The notes: generated by a model from the sequence alone, not told the origin. 64,000 bases of DNA from a bacterium (GCA_965216315.1 CBDCFN010000016.1:2277060-2341059); one strand, 5' to 3'; shown: positions 39,008 to 50,384, counted from the stretch's first letter. Made by a program: numbers and translations.

Positions 39008-40124
39008 AGGCAAACCCAAACTCTCCGCACTGATCCAATCCCAGGAGATTCTCGTCGTCTGTGGCAGCGGTGGCGTCGGCAAAACAACCTCGGCGGCCGC
39101 CATCGCAATGCAAGCGGCCATGATCGGCAAACGAGCTATCGTCCTCACGATTGATCCCGCCAAGAGATTGGCTTCTTCAATGGGTCTCGAGGCCCTCACG
39201 GATGAACCGATGCAAATACAGGACGATTATTTTCCGAGCCCGCCTAAGGGATCGCTCCATGCCATGATGCTCGATACCAAACGGACCTTTGATCGTATCA
39301 TCGAAAAATATGCCCCCTCGGTGGAGGCACGACAGGCCATCTTGGAGAACCGTCTCTATCAACAAATGTCCAATATGCTCGCCGGCTCGCATGAGTACAT
39401 GGCCATGGAACGACTGTATGAAATCCACCATGATGGTAATTTCGATCTGGTCGTCCTGGATACGCCACCGACGCGTAACGCCCTTAATTTTCTCGACTCA
39501 CCTAAAAAAATGGTCGACCTGACGCGCCACTCCGTCATCAAGTGGTTTCTTAAACCAGGGGTCTTTGCCGGCAAAGTCAGCTTTGGGCTCTTCCAAAAAA
39601 CAGCGGAAAAAGTCCTCAATGTCTTCGATCAACTTGCCGGTTTTAGTTTTCTCCATGAGCTAGCGGAAATGATTAGCGGCATGGCCGATATGTTGGGGGG
39701 GTTTGGTGAACGCGCCGAAAAGATTTATGAGCTGCTACGCTCGTCAAAAGTCAGTTTCATCTTAGTCGCTACTCCTGAAAAAATGGCATTGCAAGACGCA
39801 CGCTACTTTCATGAGCAGATCGGCGAATATGAATTACCTCTCGCCGGTTTTGTATTTAACCGGGTCTATCCGAATTACATTCCATCGGAGGAAGCGATTG
39901 AAGAGGCCAGGGCCCAACTCAAATCACTCCCCAACAACGTCGAAATCGGCTTGATCAAGAATCTTGAGGACTTTTTTATGCTGCAAAAGAGACATGAATT
40001 GAGCATCAAGGAATTCAAAAAGGCATGTGGCTCCAAGACCTTCTACACGTCCGTCCCTTTTTTAGAGACGGACGTGCATGACATGGAAGGACTTGCCGAA
40101 ATTAATCGGTATTTATTCGCTTAA
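38994..40124 (+). CDS. ArsA/GET3-family P-loop ATPase (single domain), copy 2
   Basis: Walker A CGSGGVGKTT, LDTPPTRN motif; ORF track start 38949, ATG 38994 chosen to minimise overlap. Confidence 0.75.
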   Translation: MNQRKGKPKLSALIQSQEILVVCGSGGVGKTTSAAAIAMQAAMIGKRAIVLTIDPAKRLASSMGLEALTDEPMQIQDDYFPSPPKGSLHAMMLDTKRTFDRIIEKYAPSVEARQAILENRLYQQMSNMLAGSHEYMAMERLYEIHHDGNFDLVVLDTPPTRNALNFLDSPKKMVDLTRHSVIKWFLKPGVFAGKVSFGLFQKTAEKVLNVFDQLAGFSFLHELAEMISGMADMLGGFGERAEKIYELLRSSKVSFILVATPEKMALQDARYFHEQIGEYELPLAGFVFNRVYPNYIPSEEAIEEARAQLKSLPNNVEIGLIKNLEDFFMLQKRHELSIKEFKKACGSKTFYTSVPFLETDVHDMEGLAEINRYLFA

Positions 40125-40125
40125 A

Positions 40126-40710
40126 CTATCCGAAGTATTCTTTGAGGCCTTCACTGTTCGGCTTCATCGACTTCTCACCCTCTTGCCAGTTGGCCGGGCA
40201 AACTTCGCCGTGTTTCTCATGAAACTGCAGGGCCTCCACCATGCGAAGGGCCTCATCCACGCTGCGGCCTAATGGCAGATCATTGACCACTTGATGACGC
40301 ACTTTACCATCCTTATCGATCAAGAAGAGACCACGATAGGCAATACCCGCACCTGGAACAAGCACGTCATAATCAGCGGCAATCGACTTACTCAGATCGG
40401 ATACCAACGGATACGTCACGCCTTCGATACCACCGACTTTCTTAGGTGTATTGACCCACGCCAGATGAGAGAAATGTGAATCAACTGAACATCCAATAAC
40501 TTGAACATCCTTGGCTTCAAATTCGGCCAGCTTCTCTTGAAAGGCATGGATTTCAGTCGGACATACAAAAGTAAAATCGAGGGGATAGAAAAAAAGTACG
40601 ACATACTTCTTCCCCTTGAATTGCGACAAGGTAAATCCATCTTGGATATCGCCATTGACAACCGCGTTAGCTTTAAAATCTGGAGCCGGTTTTCCGACTA
40701 GTACACTCAT
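40126..40710 (-). CDS. typical 2-Cys peroxiredoxin (AhpC/Tsa family)
   Basis: FFYPLDFTFVCPTE peroxidatic Cys motif and C-terminal resolving Cys (EVCPANW). Confidence 0.9.
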   Translation of the reverse strand: MSVLVGKPAPDFKANAVVNGDIQDGFTLSQFKGKKYVVLFFYPLDFTFVCPTEIHAFQEKLAEFEAKDVQVIGCSVDSHFSHLAWVNTPKKVGGIEGVTYPLVSDLSKSIAADYDVLVPGAGIAYRGLFLIDKDGKVRHQVVNDLPLGRSVDEALRMVEALQFHEKHGEVCPANWQEGEKSMKPNSEGLKEYFG

Positions 40711-40737
40711 GATTCACTCCTTTTTATCATCTTGTGA

Positions 40738-41154
40738 TTACGTTGTTGCTATACAATCTTGACAAATCCCCGTGAGAACAACTGAGACAGAGTCGACACG
40801 ATTGTTTGTCCTTTTTTCAAAATCTTTAAAAGTAGGCAGCCCACCCTCATCGGGAATATCTAAAATCGCGTGGCATTCCGAACAACAGAAATGGTGATGA
40901 GGCTTTGTCTCCGGGTCGAAACTGACCTGATCTTCGTAAAACTTATATTTTCGGACCAAGCCCAATTCACTCAACATGTTGAGCGTATTATAAACAGTGG
41001 CCATGCTCATCGTCGGGTAGGCCGGCTTGAGATCTTCGTAAACCCGCGCCGCAGTGGGATGGGACCTGTTGCCCTCCATATAATCGACGATCGAGAGGCG
41101 CTGCGGGGTAAGCTTGAAACCTGATTCCTTCAATTTTTCAGTGAGTTGGCTCAT
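40738..41154 (-). CDS. Fur-family metalloregulator, likely PerR-type given adjacent peroxiredoxin
   Basis: Fur-type HTH (LKLTPQRLSIVDYM), HHHFCC..C metal-site motifs; 138 aa; 21 bp palindrome immediately upstream. Confidence 0.8.
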   Translation of the reverse strand: MSQLTEKLKESGFKLTPQRLSIVDYMEGNRSHPTAARVYEDLKPAYPTMSMATVYNTLNMLSELGLVRKYKFYEDQVSFDPETKPHHHFCCSECHAILDIPDEGGLPTFKDFEKRTNNRVDSVSVVLTGICQDCIATT

Positions 41155-41158
41155 TACT

Positions 41159-41179
41159 AATTAAGAATAATTCTTAATT
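41159..41179. promoter_or_regulatory. perfect 21 bp palindrome AATTAAGAAT-A-ATTCTTAATT, candidate Fur/PerR-type operator for the regulator-peroxiredoxin operon
   Basis: 7-1-7/10-1-10 inverted repeat architecture resembling Fur/PerR boxes, located 5 bp upstream of the regulator start codon. Confidence 0.55.
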
Positions 41180-41217
41180 TAGAATTATTATAACTTAGAA
41201 CAAGGAAGTCAAGGGGC

Positions 41218-41556
41218 CTATTCAGCCGTGTACGCCACGATGGCCTCATGGTCCGTGGAGCCAAGGTCGATAAAACGGATCCCGAGTCCGGAGACACCAG
41301 GATAAGTAGGGGCCAGCTTTTCGAGCCGAACCACCTCGCCGGTCGTACGAATCGGCGCCTCCGTCGGCCCCAATGAAAAAGAAAGAAACATCTTCGTACC
41401 TAATTTGAGTGGAATTTCCGACTCGATAAACAGGCCACCCAAACTAATATCCGTTGTATAGAAGTAAATAAATCCTTCTCCGAATTCATCTTCGAGAACA
41501 ACTTGAGTTCTCAAAGTCTTGCGCGGATGAATGCGTTTTTCAGATGCGTCTGCCAT
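41218..41556 (-). CDS. PilZ domain protein (putative c-di-GMP receptor)
   Basis: RIHPRK (RxxxR) and DISLGG (D-x-S-x-x-G) motifs; 112 aa. Confidence 0.7.
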   Translation of the reverse strand: MADASEKRIHPRKTLRTQVVLEDEFGEGFIYFYTTDISLGGLFIESEIPLKLGTKMFLSFSLGPTEAPIRTTGEVVRLEKLAPTYPGVSGLGIRFIDLGSTDHEAIVAYTAE

Positions 41557-41990
41557 TAGCCTTTGGCACTCCTTTTAAGTCGCCGTTTCTTAGGGGCCGG
41601 CGCCGGTTCTGTCGAACCACTGAGCGGATGAAATTTAGAAGCCACTCGATTGATGACGGTGATCAAGTCGTAAGGATAAAACGGCTTCGGCACGAGCTCG
41701 ACCTTGTCTTCTTCGCGAGCCAACTCTTTGAGATCCATCCGTTGCGGGCCACTGATCAACACCGTCGGATATTCATCGATAAAGGCCGGCCGGCCTTCCT
41801 GCTCGATCGCATTGCCATTAATGAGAATCACGTGAGGTTTCGCTCGGCGTTGGCGGGCATCCAGACCGTCTGCACTCTCGGCAAATTCAATCCGATAACC
41901 GGGCAGATCCCTGAAGAGCAGCCCATACATATTCTTGGCTAATTCCGAGCGATCAATGATCAAAAGACGCAAAGTAGAGGTGCGACGCAT
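41556..41990 (-). CDS. response-regulator receiver-like protein (divergent REC domain)
   Basis: LLIIDRSE...VILINGN pattern like CheY-fold receivers; basic C-terminal tail; overlaps PilZ start by 1 nt. Confidence 0.5.
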   Translation of the reverse strand: MRRTSTLRLLIIDRSELAKNMYGLLFRDLPGYRIEFAESADGLDARQRRAKPHVILINGNAIEQEGRPAFIDEYPTVLISGPQRMDLKELAREEDKVELVPKPFYPYDLITVINRVASKFHPLSGSTEPAPAPKKRRLKRSAKG

Positions 41991-42185
41991 GGGAGAGAAC
42001 CTACTTCAATAGGACGCGGATGACAAGCCTTACGAAAAAGGCGTCATAGGTGGGCCAGGGGTGGGATTTGCTCGCTACGCTCACCGCAATCTAAGGAATT
42101 ACATCCTGGTCTTCGCCTTCGGCGAAGCGGATTGTCGAACCCACTGCCTGTGGCAGGGGCTTCTCATCCTCCACTACAAATAAAA

Positions 42186-42215
42186 ATAAGGACCCCAGTT
42201 AGGGTCCTTATTTTT
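42186..42215 (-). terminator. intrinsic terminator downstream of tRNA-Ser(GCU), hairpin flanked by A and T runs on both sides
   Basis: AAGGACCC-cagtta-GGGTCCTT perfect 8 bp stem flanked by AAAAAT and ATTTTTAT. Confidence 0.65.
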
Positions 42216-42218
42216 ATG

Positions 42219-42305
42219 CGGAGAGGGTGGGATTCGAACCCACGGTGCAGTTTCCCGCACACTTCCTTAGCAGGGAAGCGCCTTCAGCCACTCGGCCACC
42301 TCTCC
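42219..42305 (-). tRNA. tRNA-Ser (anticodon GCU)
   Basis: acceptor GGAGAGG/CCTCTCC, anticodon stem CTTCC/GGAAG with loop CTGCTAA, long variable arm, T-arm GGTTCGAATCC; 87 nt. Confidence 0.9.
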
Positions 42306-42552
42306 GATCCGAAAACGAAAGCGCAGCTTCCGCTTTCTTTAGTTAAGGGGAAGATACTGCTCTCCCCCTTAACTATCCCTCATCTGTCATAATCGCCTCA
42401 ATTTCAAGATATTTTCTAAGGAGGGGGTACCAGCGAGCGCAGCGAGTGTCCGTAGGGGGAACCTGGGTTCCCCCTCGGAAATATTCGAAAGTGACAATTG
42501 GATTCAATCTATGAGCTTCGTTTTAGCGAAGCCCTCTAGGTCACTACAGATG

Positions 42553-42637
42553 CGGAGGGGGTGGGATTCGAACCCACGGTACCTTGCGGCACGGCGGTTT
42601 TCAAGACCGCTGCCTTCAACCACTCGGCCACCCCTCC
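42553..42637 (-). tRNA. tRNA-Ser (anticodon UGA)
   Basis: acceptor GGAGGGG/CCCCTCC, anticodon stem GCGGT/ACCGC with loop CTTGAAA, long variable arm, T-arm GGTTCGAATCC; 85 nt. Confidence 0.9.
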
Positions 42638-42805
42638 AATTCGCCAGCGAAAGCATGAGCTTTCACTGGCCTTAGTTAAGGGGGGAGATAAGGGCCTCCC
42701 CCCCTAACAATTCCCCTCTGTCTTGTTCAGACGGGGGTACGGAGAAGTGTCACATCCTAGCGACGTTGAAGTATGTTGGCAAGTCAGGTGTTCATTTACA
42801 CACCC

Positions 42806-42826
42806 AAAAAGCCCCTCGCGGGGCTC
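42806..42826 (-). terminator. intrinsic terminator downstream of 42867-43409
   Basis: minus-strand GCCCC-GCGA-GGGGC hairpin followed by TTTTT. Confidence 0.55.
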
Positions 42827-42866
42827 TTGGGGTGTGTATTGGGTGATGTAAAGAAAAACTTTCAAC

Positions 42867-43409
42867 TTATTTTGCGTCAGCCACGACTCCAGTATCCAAA
42901 TTAAGGTAGTGACGGTGTCTTCCCGTCGCATCTGTATAGACAAGCTTAACTTCATGGTCGTTACGCCCTGCCGTAATACGGACATTCCGCTTAATGTAAT
43001 TGAAGCCATTTAGGTCGCGATCAAATTTTCCAATAGTTGAACCAATCAATCGATACTGACCATCCGACATCAACGCAGACGTTTCTTCCCAGCCAGAACC
43101 GTCACCCCAATACCGTGTATTATCATCTCTACGGGTTAGGGATACGAAATGACGGTCCAAAGTTTTTTGGGCTCTTTTGCTGGTCTTGTAGCGTGTGTCA
43201 TGATCGAGTCGATTTTTACATAGATCATCCAGTGCCCTCCGAGGATCGATTGAGCGCTCGACTCCATCGATTGTTTGGCAAAACGCATCCCCTTCATCGA
43301 CAACCCCATTCTCATTGAGATCACGAACTCTCATGCCAGCGGGATTATTAGAATTGTACTCGTCGACAGATACCTGTTTAAATAACTTCGGATTCTTTAT
43401 TTCCGCCAT
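42867..43409 (-). CDS. hypothetical protein
   Basis: start at MAEIKNPKLF with GGAGG SD; 5' UTR and operator nearly identical to those of 30726-31700; terminator downstream. Confidence 0.5.
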   Translation of the reverse strand: MAEIKNPKLFKQVSVDEYNSNNPAGMRVRDLNENGVVDEGDAFCQTIDGVERSIDPRRALDDLCKNRLDHDTRYKTSKRAQKTLDRHFVSLTRRDDNTRYWGDGSGWEETSALMSDGQYRLIGSTIGKFDRDLNGFNYIKRNVRITAGRNDHEVKLVYTDATGRHRHYLNLDTGVVADAK

Positions 43410-43478
43410 CACACACCTCCATGCTTTTCAAATTTTCGTCAGTATTGACACGAGAGTTGCTACAAGAGAGGTATTTCC

Positions 43479-43495
43479 GTGTACTCTAAGTACAC
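43479..43495. promoter_or_regulatory. palindromic operator-like site GTGTACT-cta-AGTACAC
   Basis: 70 bp upstream of 42867-43409 and 78 bp upstream of paralog 5. Confidence 0.5.
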
Positions 43496-43572
43496 GCTCA
43501 TAATGCCATATAGCCCTTTTTAAACACTAAATAAGTAGGATATTGTCCTTAATATAGACGGAAATTTCGGGT

Positions 43573-44427
43573 ATGATAGTACACGTGACCCCAGTCAAGC
43601 TCTTCGAATACCTCGATTACCGCGAATACCTCAAAGCTTGGTTTGAGGCAGCCAAACAGACACGGGCGGGGATGTCGTACCGGCTCTTTTCCAAGCGGGC
43701 CGGGCTCAAATCGACTAACTTCATCATGCTCGTCATGCAGGGCAAACGGAACTTGAGTGACAAAGCGGCCAAAATGGTCGCGAAAGGGCTCAAGCTGTCC
43801 AAGGAAGAGTCGGAGTTCTTCCGCTATCTCGTCCTCTTTAACCAGGCCGAGGCCCATAACGATAAGGCCCTGTATTATGAGCAGATGCTGCAATTTCGAC
43901 AGTACCGCAAGCACCGGCCGATTAGCCAGGAAGAGTATGCATACTGCTCTCAATGGTATCATGCGGCCATTCGCGAGCTGATCCTTGATCCTGATTTTGA
44001 TGGCAAGCCCACCTGGATCGCGGAACGGCTTGGCAATCGAATTAGCCGCGAGGAGGCTGCAGAATCGCTGAAGTTACTGCAAAAACTGAACTTTGTGCAG
44101 CGCACCCCATCAGGTCGCTGGCAGCAACAGGATGTGACGCTGACGGCGGGATCTCGGGTTGTATCTCTCGAGTTATTCAATTATCATTTAAGTATGATGG
44201 CGCTGTCCCCCCAGTTACTTGAAAGCCTGCCCGGGCAGCGTCGCGATATGAGCGCGGTCACGATGGGTATCGCAGCAGGACGTTTGCCTGAGCTCAAAAA
44301 GAAACTCCAGAAATTCCGTAAGAGTCTCCTCAAATTTTCCGCTGAAGCGGCCGACCCCGAGGAAGTGGTGCAGGTCAATCTCTACATGTTCCCCTTAACC
44401 GTCCCGAAAGGGTGCAAAGACTCATGA
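43573..44427 (+). CDS. XRE-type HTH protein, TIGR02147/DUF4423-like paralog 5
   Basis: 284 aa; YLDYREYLKAWFEAAKQTRAGMSYRLFSKRAGLKSTNFIMLVMQGKRNLS. Confidence 0.75.
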   Translation: MIVHVTPVKLFEYLDYREYLKAWFEAAKQTRAGMSYRLFSKRAGLKSTNFIMLVMQGKRNLSDKAAKMVAKGLKLSKEESEFFRYLVLFNQAEAHNDKALYYEQMLQFRQYRKHRPISQEEYAYCSQWYHAAIRELILDPDFDGKPTWIAERLGNRISREEAAESLKLLQKLNFVQRTPSGRWQQQDVTLTAGSRVVSLELFNYHLSMMALSPQLLESLPGQRRDMSAVTMGIAAGRLPELKKKLQKFRKSLLKFSAEAADPEEVVQVNLYMFPLTVPKGCKDS

Positions 44428-45065
44428 AATTCATATTACTAGGAACTCTGCTCTTCTTATTAAGTGCCTGCGCACCGGGGATGTCTCCCCTTAGCAGCAG
44501 TCCTACTTCAATGGATGCGGAAACGGCAGGTGGTGAGACTGCAGCTCCCGACGACGTCGACGCCGGGAGCCCCCAAGTTGGGGGGACTGAATTTGAAAAT
44601 CCCGAAGCCGGCGGCGCGCCTCCCGATGTACCGGGAGAAGATATCCCCGTCAGCGACGAAGATGATGACCCTAAAGGAAACCCTGCGGACACCGTACAAA
44701 ACAATACGACACGTATTGTCGTAGGCCACTTACAAACCGAAGGGGGAGATAACGATGGCGCGGCCAACCCTCACGTCACGGTTCTCGGCTATGTGAACTC
44801 GAGTTGTCCCGCGGACGATCTTATCATCGTTGACCCGAACGCGAAGGAACAATCGGTCAAGATTGGTCCGAAATGTCTCTTTCAATTCAGTGCCCTAACA
44901 GGTCTTCATTACCAGGTACGCTTCCTAAAAGACGGCGAAATGGTCGCTAAATTTCCCACGCCCCTACTGGTCAAACAGGGGAACCCCCCCCTCGACCTGG
45001 GGAAAATTCGATTTCAGGATGGGCTGGCAATCCGGACCGCTATAGAAAAGAAACTCTCTCCCTGA
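44424..45065 (+). CDS. lipoprotein with GGTEFENPE motif, coupled to paralog 5
   Basis: start MKFILLGTLLFLLSAC overlaps upstream stop (ATGA); GGTEFENPEAGG motif; acidic region. Confidence 0.65.
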   Translation: MKFILLGTLLFLLSACAPGMSPLSSSPTSMDAETAGGETAAPDDVDAGSPQVGGTEFENPEAGGAPPDVPGEDIPVSDEDDDPKGNPADTVQNNTTRIVVGHLQTEGGDNDGAANPHVTVLGYVNSSCPADDLIIVDPNAKEQSVKIGPKCLFQFSALTGLHYQVRFLKDGEMVAKFPTPLLVKQGNPPLDLGKIRFQDGLAIRTAIEKKLSP

Positions 45066-45071
45066 CAAATA

Positions 45072-45371
45072 TTAGCGATACTTTTCGGCCTTGTGGTGGT
45101 TATGCACCTTGATTTCTTTGGGAATCTCAACGTCCCGAAAGATCATCTTACAACGATAGCAGACGAGTTGAGTCGGTACGACCAGAAAAAGGACACCATC
45201 AATGATAATAGCGCCGATCCACGAGAGATTATAGGTCCAAAAACTCGTCACCGCAGCCACCAGAATCACCGCAATCCCTAACTTTTTAGGAAAGCGCTTT
45301 TCCTTATAGACATCCGGGCATTGACATTCTGGACATATAAAAGGGCTTGTCTGTGCAGCTGCTTCCATCAC
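45072..45371 (-). CDS. small membrane protein with two CxxC pairs (zinc-ribbon-like)
   Basis: CPECQC...CYRCK flanking two hydrophobic helices; 99 aa. Confidence 0.45.
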   Translation of the reverse strand: MMEAAAQTSPFICPECQCPDVYKEKRFPKKLGIAVILVAAVTSFWTYNLSWIGAIIIDGVLFLVVPTQLVCYRCKMIFRDVEIPKEIKVHNHHKAEKYR

Positions 45372-45381
45372 TCATTCCTCG

Positions 45382-46199
45382 TTATGACGGCACGGAAGAA
45401 AATGCGAAGATAAACTGCGAAATCAGTTCGCCAATGATAATAAATACAAAACCGATATACATAAAGGCGGTTGCTGACTGATTGGACCCGATGCGTGACG
45501 TCGACCAAATCATGTAGGCTAGAATGGCCGGGATCCCGAGACCCACACAGATCCGCAACCAGAAGAAGATTCCATAGCCTTGAAAGGACGTCAGCAAGGC
45601 GACAATGGTCTTCATTTCGCCCGTTGGATTCATCAACAACCAAGTCGCCCCGACCGCCAGAATTTTAAGGGTGATTGTAATAATGACGATTGCCGCCATA
45701 CGGTTAAGCAATTTTTTTGGCATATCCGTACCAACTAAATACCAATGACCAAAAAGCATTCCGCCCAAAAAGGCTCCCAGCAGCCAGCTGGTCGTCAGGA
45801 AATGAGTCGTGACCAGAAATCCCGGCAAACCTAATGTGGGTCGAGCCCCCATGAAAAGGAGGCTATCAACGATAATTGCCGCAATGGCCAACAATCCGGT
45901 TAACTTCAAAAAAATCTTGTACGTATCCTTGAGGGTTAAATAGATAATGCCCCAGCCTAGCAATGCCATCGCCGCAACCACACCGTACAAAACATTTGCA
46001 TAGACAGTCAGGCTACTGGCTGGCACATCGCCATAGTGCCAACGCAGCAATAATCCACCGATGATGAACAGAAAGGAGAGCAAATTAATCCACTTGAAAA
46101 AATTCGCATCTATTTCGTCTTGTTGAAGGAATAAGCAAAGCGCCAGCATTCCGCAGCCCATCTGCAACAGAAATAAGTTGAAAATAATAGTGACGCTCA

Positions 46200-46200
<1 letters not shown>
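45382..46200 (-). CDS. polytopic integral membrane protein of unknown function
   Basis: 272 aa, seven or more hydrophobic helices; start overlaps serS stop. Confidence 0.5.
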
Positions 46201-47477
<1,277 letters not shown>

Positions 47478-48515
47478 TTAGTTAGCCCTCGACAATTCGT
47501 CATCAATGACCTCTTTGAATGCCGGAAATGGGCGCGCACCGGAAAGCATGCGACCATTAATAAAAAATGCCGGCGTTCCCGAAACCCCAACGGACTGCCC
47601 GTAACGAAGTGAATCTTGCACTAACTTGGCATATTTATCGGAAGACAGGCAGCTCTCAAAGTCCGCTTGCTTCAGCTTGAGCTCTTTTGCGTATTTCTTG
47701 AGGGCATCTTCACTCAAGGCTTTTTGGGATTTAAAGAGCCTGTCATTATATTCCCAGTACTTGCCCTGTTCACGTGCGCAATGAGCGGCCTCGTGAGCCT
47801 TCTGCGCCTCCTTGTGAAAGGAGAGCGGGAAGTCTCTAAAAACATAATGCACCTTCTCACCATACTCAGTAATAATCTGATTCACCGTCTCGCGAGCTCG
47901 TCCGCAAAAAGGACACTGGTAATCTGAAAACTCAATAATTTTGACAGGGGCGCCTTCCGGACCTTTGCCCGGATGATCGCCGCCAGCAACTTCCACTCGC
48001 GGCGGCGTAATCAAAAACTTAATATCCGCGTCTTTGCGCAGCTTGGCAATTAGCGCCCCACGAGCCTCACGAAATTTCTGTTGATACATGTAACCGCGAA
48101 TCAGCCCCTTGACCTCATCAAACTTCTTTCCTTGAAACCGCGCTTTGCGTTGATTGTAATAGTCTTCAATGACGTCATCCGTGATACTGATTTTTCCGCT
48201 GATTTCTCTCTTGTTAAGTTCTTCAATAGAAATGCCCTGCTTAGCCGCTTCGGCTTCGATAAGTTTCTGATTGATAATCTGATCCACGCCACTCTTTTGG
48301 GCCGCATACATATCCATGCGCGCCTGCCGTAATTGTCCCGACGCAATTTGCTCGATATCCGCCTCTGTCACTGCCTTGCCATTGACCGTTGCCAACACAA
48401 CGTTGTCCGTATCGCCTTGCGCAGTTGATGAAGACGTCGCTGACTTCGGCCCGCCTTGATTACAGGCTAACAATAAACTCACTAAGGCAATCAGGGGAAT
48501 GGATCTCTTGAACAT
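47478..48515 (-). CDS. DsbA-family thiol:disulfide oxidoreductase lipoprotein with N-terminal chaperone-like domain
   Basis: lipobox LLLAC; thioredoxin-fold CPFC active site (FSDYQCPFCGRA); start at internal ATG 48513-48515. Confidence 0.7.
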   Translation of the reverse strand: MFKRSIPLIALVSLLLACNQGGPKSATSSSTAQGDTDNVVLATVNGKAVTEADIEQIASGQLRQARMDMYAAQKSGVDQIINQKLIEAEAAKQGISIEELNKREISGKISITDDVIEDYYNQRKARFQGKKFDEVKGLIRGYMYQQKFREARGALIAKLRKDADIKFLITPPRVEVAGGDHPGKGPEGAPVKIIEFSDYQCPFCGRARETVNQIITEYGEKVHYVFRDFPLSFHKEAQKAHEAAHCAREQGKYWEYNDRLFKSQKALSEDALKKYAKELKLKQADFESCLSSDKYAKLVQDSLRYGQSVGVSGTPAFFINGRMLSGARPFPAFKEVIDDELSRAN

Positions 48516-48586
48516 GATGAACTCCTTAGGCATGAAATATAACAAAGTAGGGGCGACCAGACCGGCCGCCCCTACTGAATTGTTAT

Positions 48587-49999
48587 CTATATATCATAAT
48601 ACAGAGAAAACTCAAAAGGAACCGGACGCAGTTTCATCGGGTTCACTTCTTCATTTGTCTTGTAATCAATCCACATCTGGATCACGTCTTCGGTAAAGAC
48701 ATCACCCTTGAGCAAGAAGCCATGGTCTTCCTTGAGGGCTTCCAACGCTTCTTCAAGTGAGCCAGGTGTGCTCGGCACATTGGCCAACTCTTCAGGGGAG
48801 AGTGAATAGATGTCTTTATCCAACGGATCACCCGGATCAATGCGGTTCTGAATTCCATCCAGGCCCGCCATCAACATGCAAGCAAAGGCCAGATAGCCGT
48901 TACAGGATGGATCCGGAAAGCGGCACTCAAGGCGCTTGGCCTTGGGTGAGTTGGAATACATGGGAATACGTATTGCCGCAGAACGGTTGCGACTTGAGTA
49001 GGCCAGATTAACCGGCGCTTCAAATCCAGGCACCAAACGACGATAAGAATTAGTCGTCGCGTTACTGAAAGCACAGATTGAACGGGCATGTTTAAGAATG
49101 CCGCCCATATAATGGAGGGCCGTTTCCGACAAACCACCGTACTTGTCACCGGCAAAAGTCGGGTCCCCACCCTTCCAAATGGATTGGTGGACGTGCATGC
49201 CGCTGCCATTATCTTCAAAAATCGGCTTCGGCATAAAAGTAACGGTCTTATTGTGACGACGTGCTACGTTCTTGACGATATATTTAAACCACATCAGCTT
49301 GTCAGCCATTCGCGTCAATTCGTCAAAACGCATGTCGATCTCAGCCTGGCCGGCTGTTGCCACTTCATGATGTTGGCATTCAACATGAATCCCAATTCTT
49401 TCCATTTCCAAGACCATTTCAGAACGAATATCCTGAAAGCTGTCCGTAGGAGGCACTGGAAAATACCCTTCTTTGTAGCGAGGTTTATAACCAAGATTCG
49501 GATTTTCATCACGTCCGGTGTTCCAACGACCTTCCTTGGAATCAACATAGTAAAAACCATGTTGTTGTGATTGGTCGAAACGAACATCATCAAAGATGAA
49601 AAATTCTGCTTCAGGACCAAAAAAGACTTTGTCACCGATACCTGTTGACTTCAGATACTCTTCAGCCTTCTGAGCAACATTGCGAGGATCGCGCGTATAC
49701 TTTTCTTTAGTGATCGGATCCATGATATTACAAATCAACGACAACGTCGGAACTTGCATGAAAGGATCCATCATAGCCGTAGCGGGATCAGGCATCACCA
49801 GCATGTCAGATGCGTGAATTGCCTGCCATCCGCGAATAGATGATCCATCGAATCCATAACCATCTTCAAACGAAGATTCATCTAACTCACTCATGGGGAT
49901 CGTAAAATGCTGCCACACGCCAGGAAAGTCGATGAACTTCAGATCGACCATCTTGGCATTATTTTCTTTGGCATAGGCCAGTGCTTCTTTAGGCTTCAT
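48587..49999 (-). CDS. glnA: glutamine synthetase type I
   Basis: 470 aa; GS catalytic motifs ([23 protein letters not shown], adenylylation-region NLAYSS); downstream of glnB. Confidence 0.92.
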   Translation of the reverse strand: MKPKEALAYAKENNAKMVDLKFIDFPGVWQHFTIPMSELDESSFEDGYGFDGSSIRGWQAIHASDMLVMPDPATAMMDPFMQVPTLSLICNIMDPITKEKYTRDPRNVAQKAEEYLKSTGIGDKVFFGPEAEFFIFDDVRFDQSQQHGFYYVDSKEGRWNTGRDENPNLGYKPRYKEGYFPVPPTDSFQDIRSEMVLEMERIGIHVECQHHEVATAGQAEIDMRFDELTRMADKLMWFKYIVKNVARRHNKTVTFMPKPIFEDNGSGMHVHQSIWKGGDPTFAGDKYGGLSETALHYMGGILKHARSICAFSNATTNSYRRLVPGFEAPVNLAYSSRNRSAAIRIPMYSNSPKAKRLECRFPDPSCNGYLAFACMLMAGLDGIQNRIDPGDPLDKDIYSLSPEELANVPSTPGSLEEALEALKEDHGFLLKGDVFTEDVIQMWIDYKTNEEVNPMKLRPVPFEFSLYYDI

Positions 50000-50024
50000 T
50001 GCAAAACTCCTTCTCTAATATAGT

Positions 50025-50384
<360 letters not shown>

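Noticed and set aside
42132-42392. ORF 42132-42392 (+), 86 aa
   Set aside because: Overlaps tRNA-Ser(GCU) and its terminator hairpin; product is a read-through of structured RNA sequence
42437-42470. Perfect hairpin AGGGGGAACC-tgg-GGTTCCCCCT as a terminator for tRNA-Ser(UGA)
   Set aside because: No T-run follows on either strand; more likely part of a structured spacer or processing element than an intrinsic terminator
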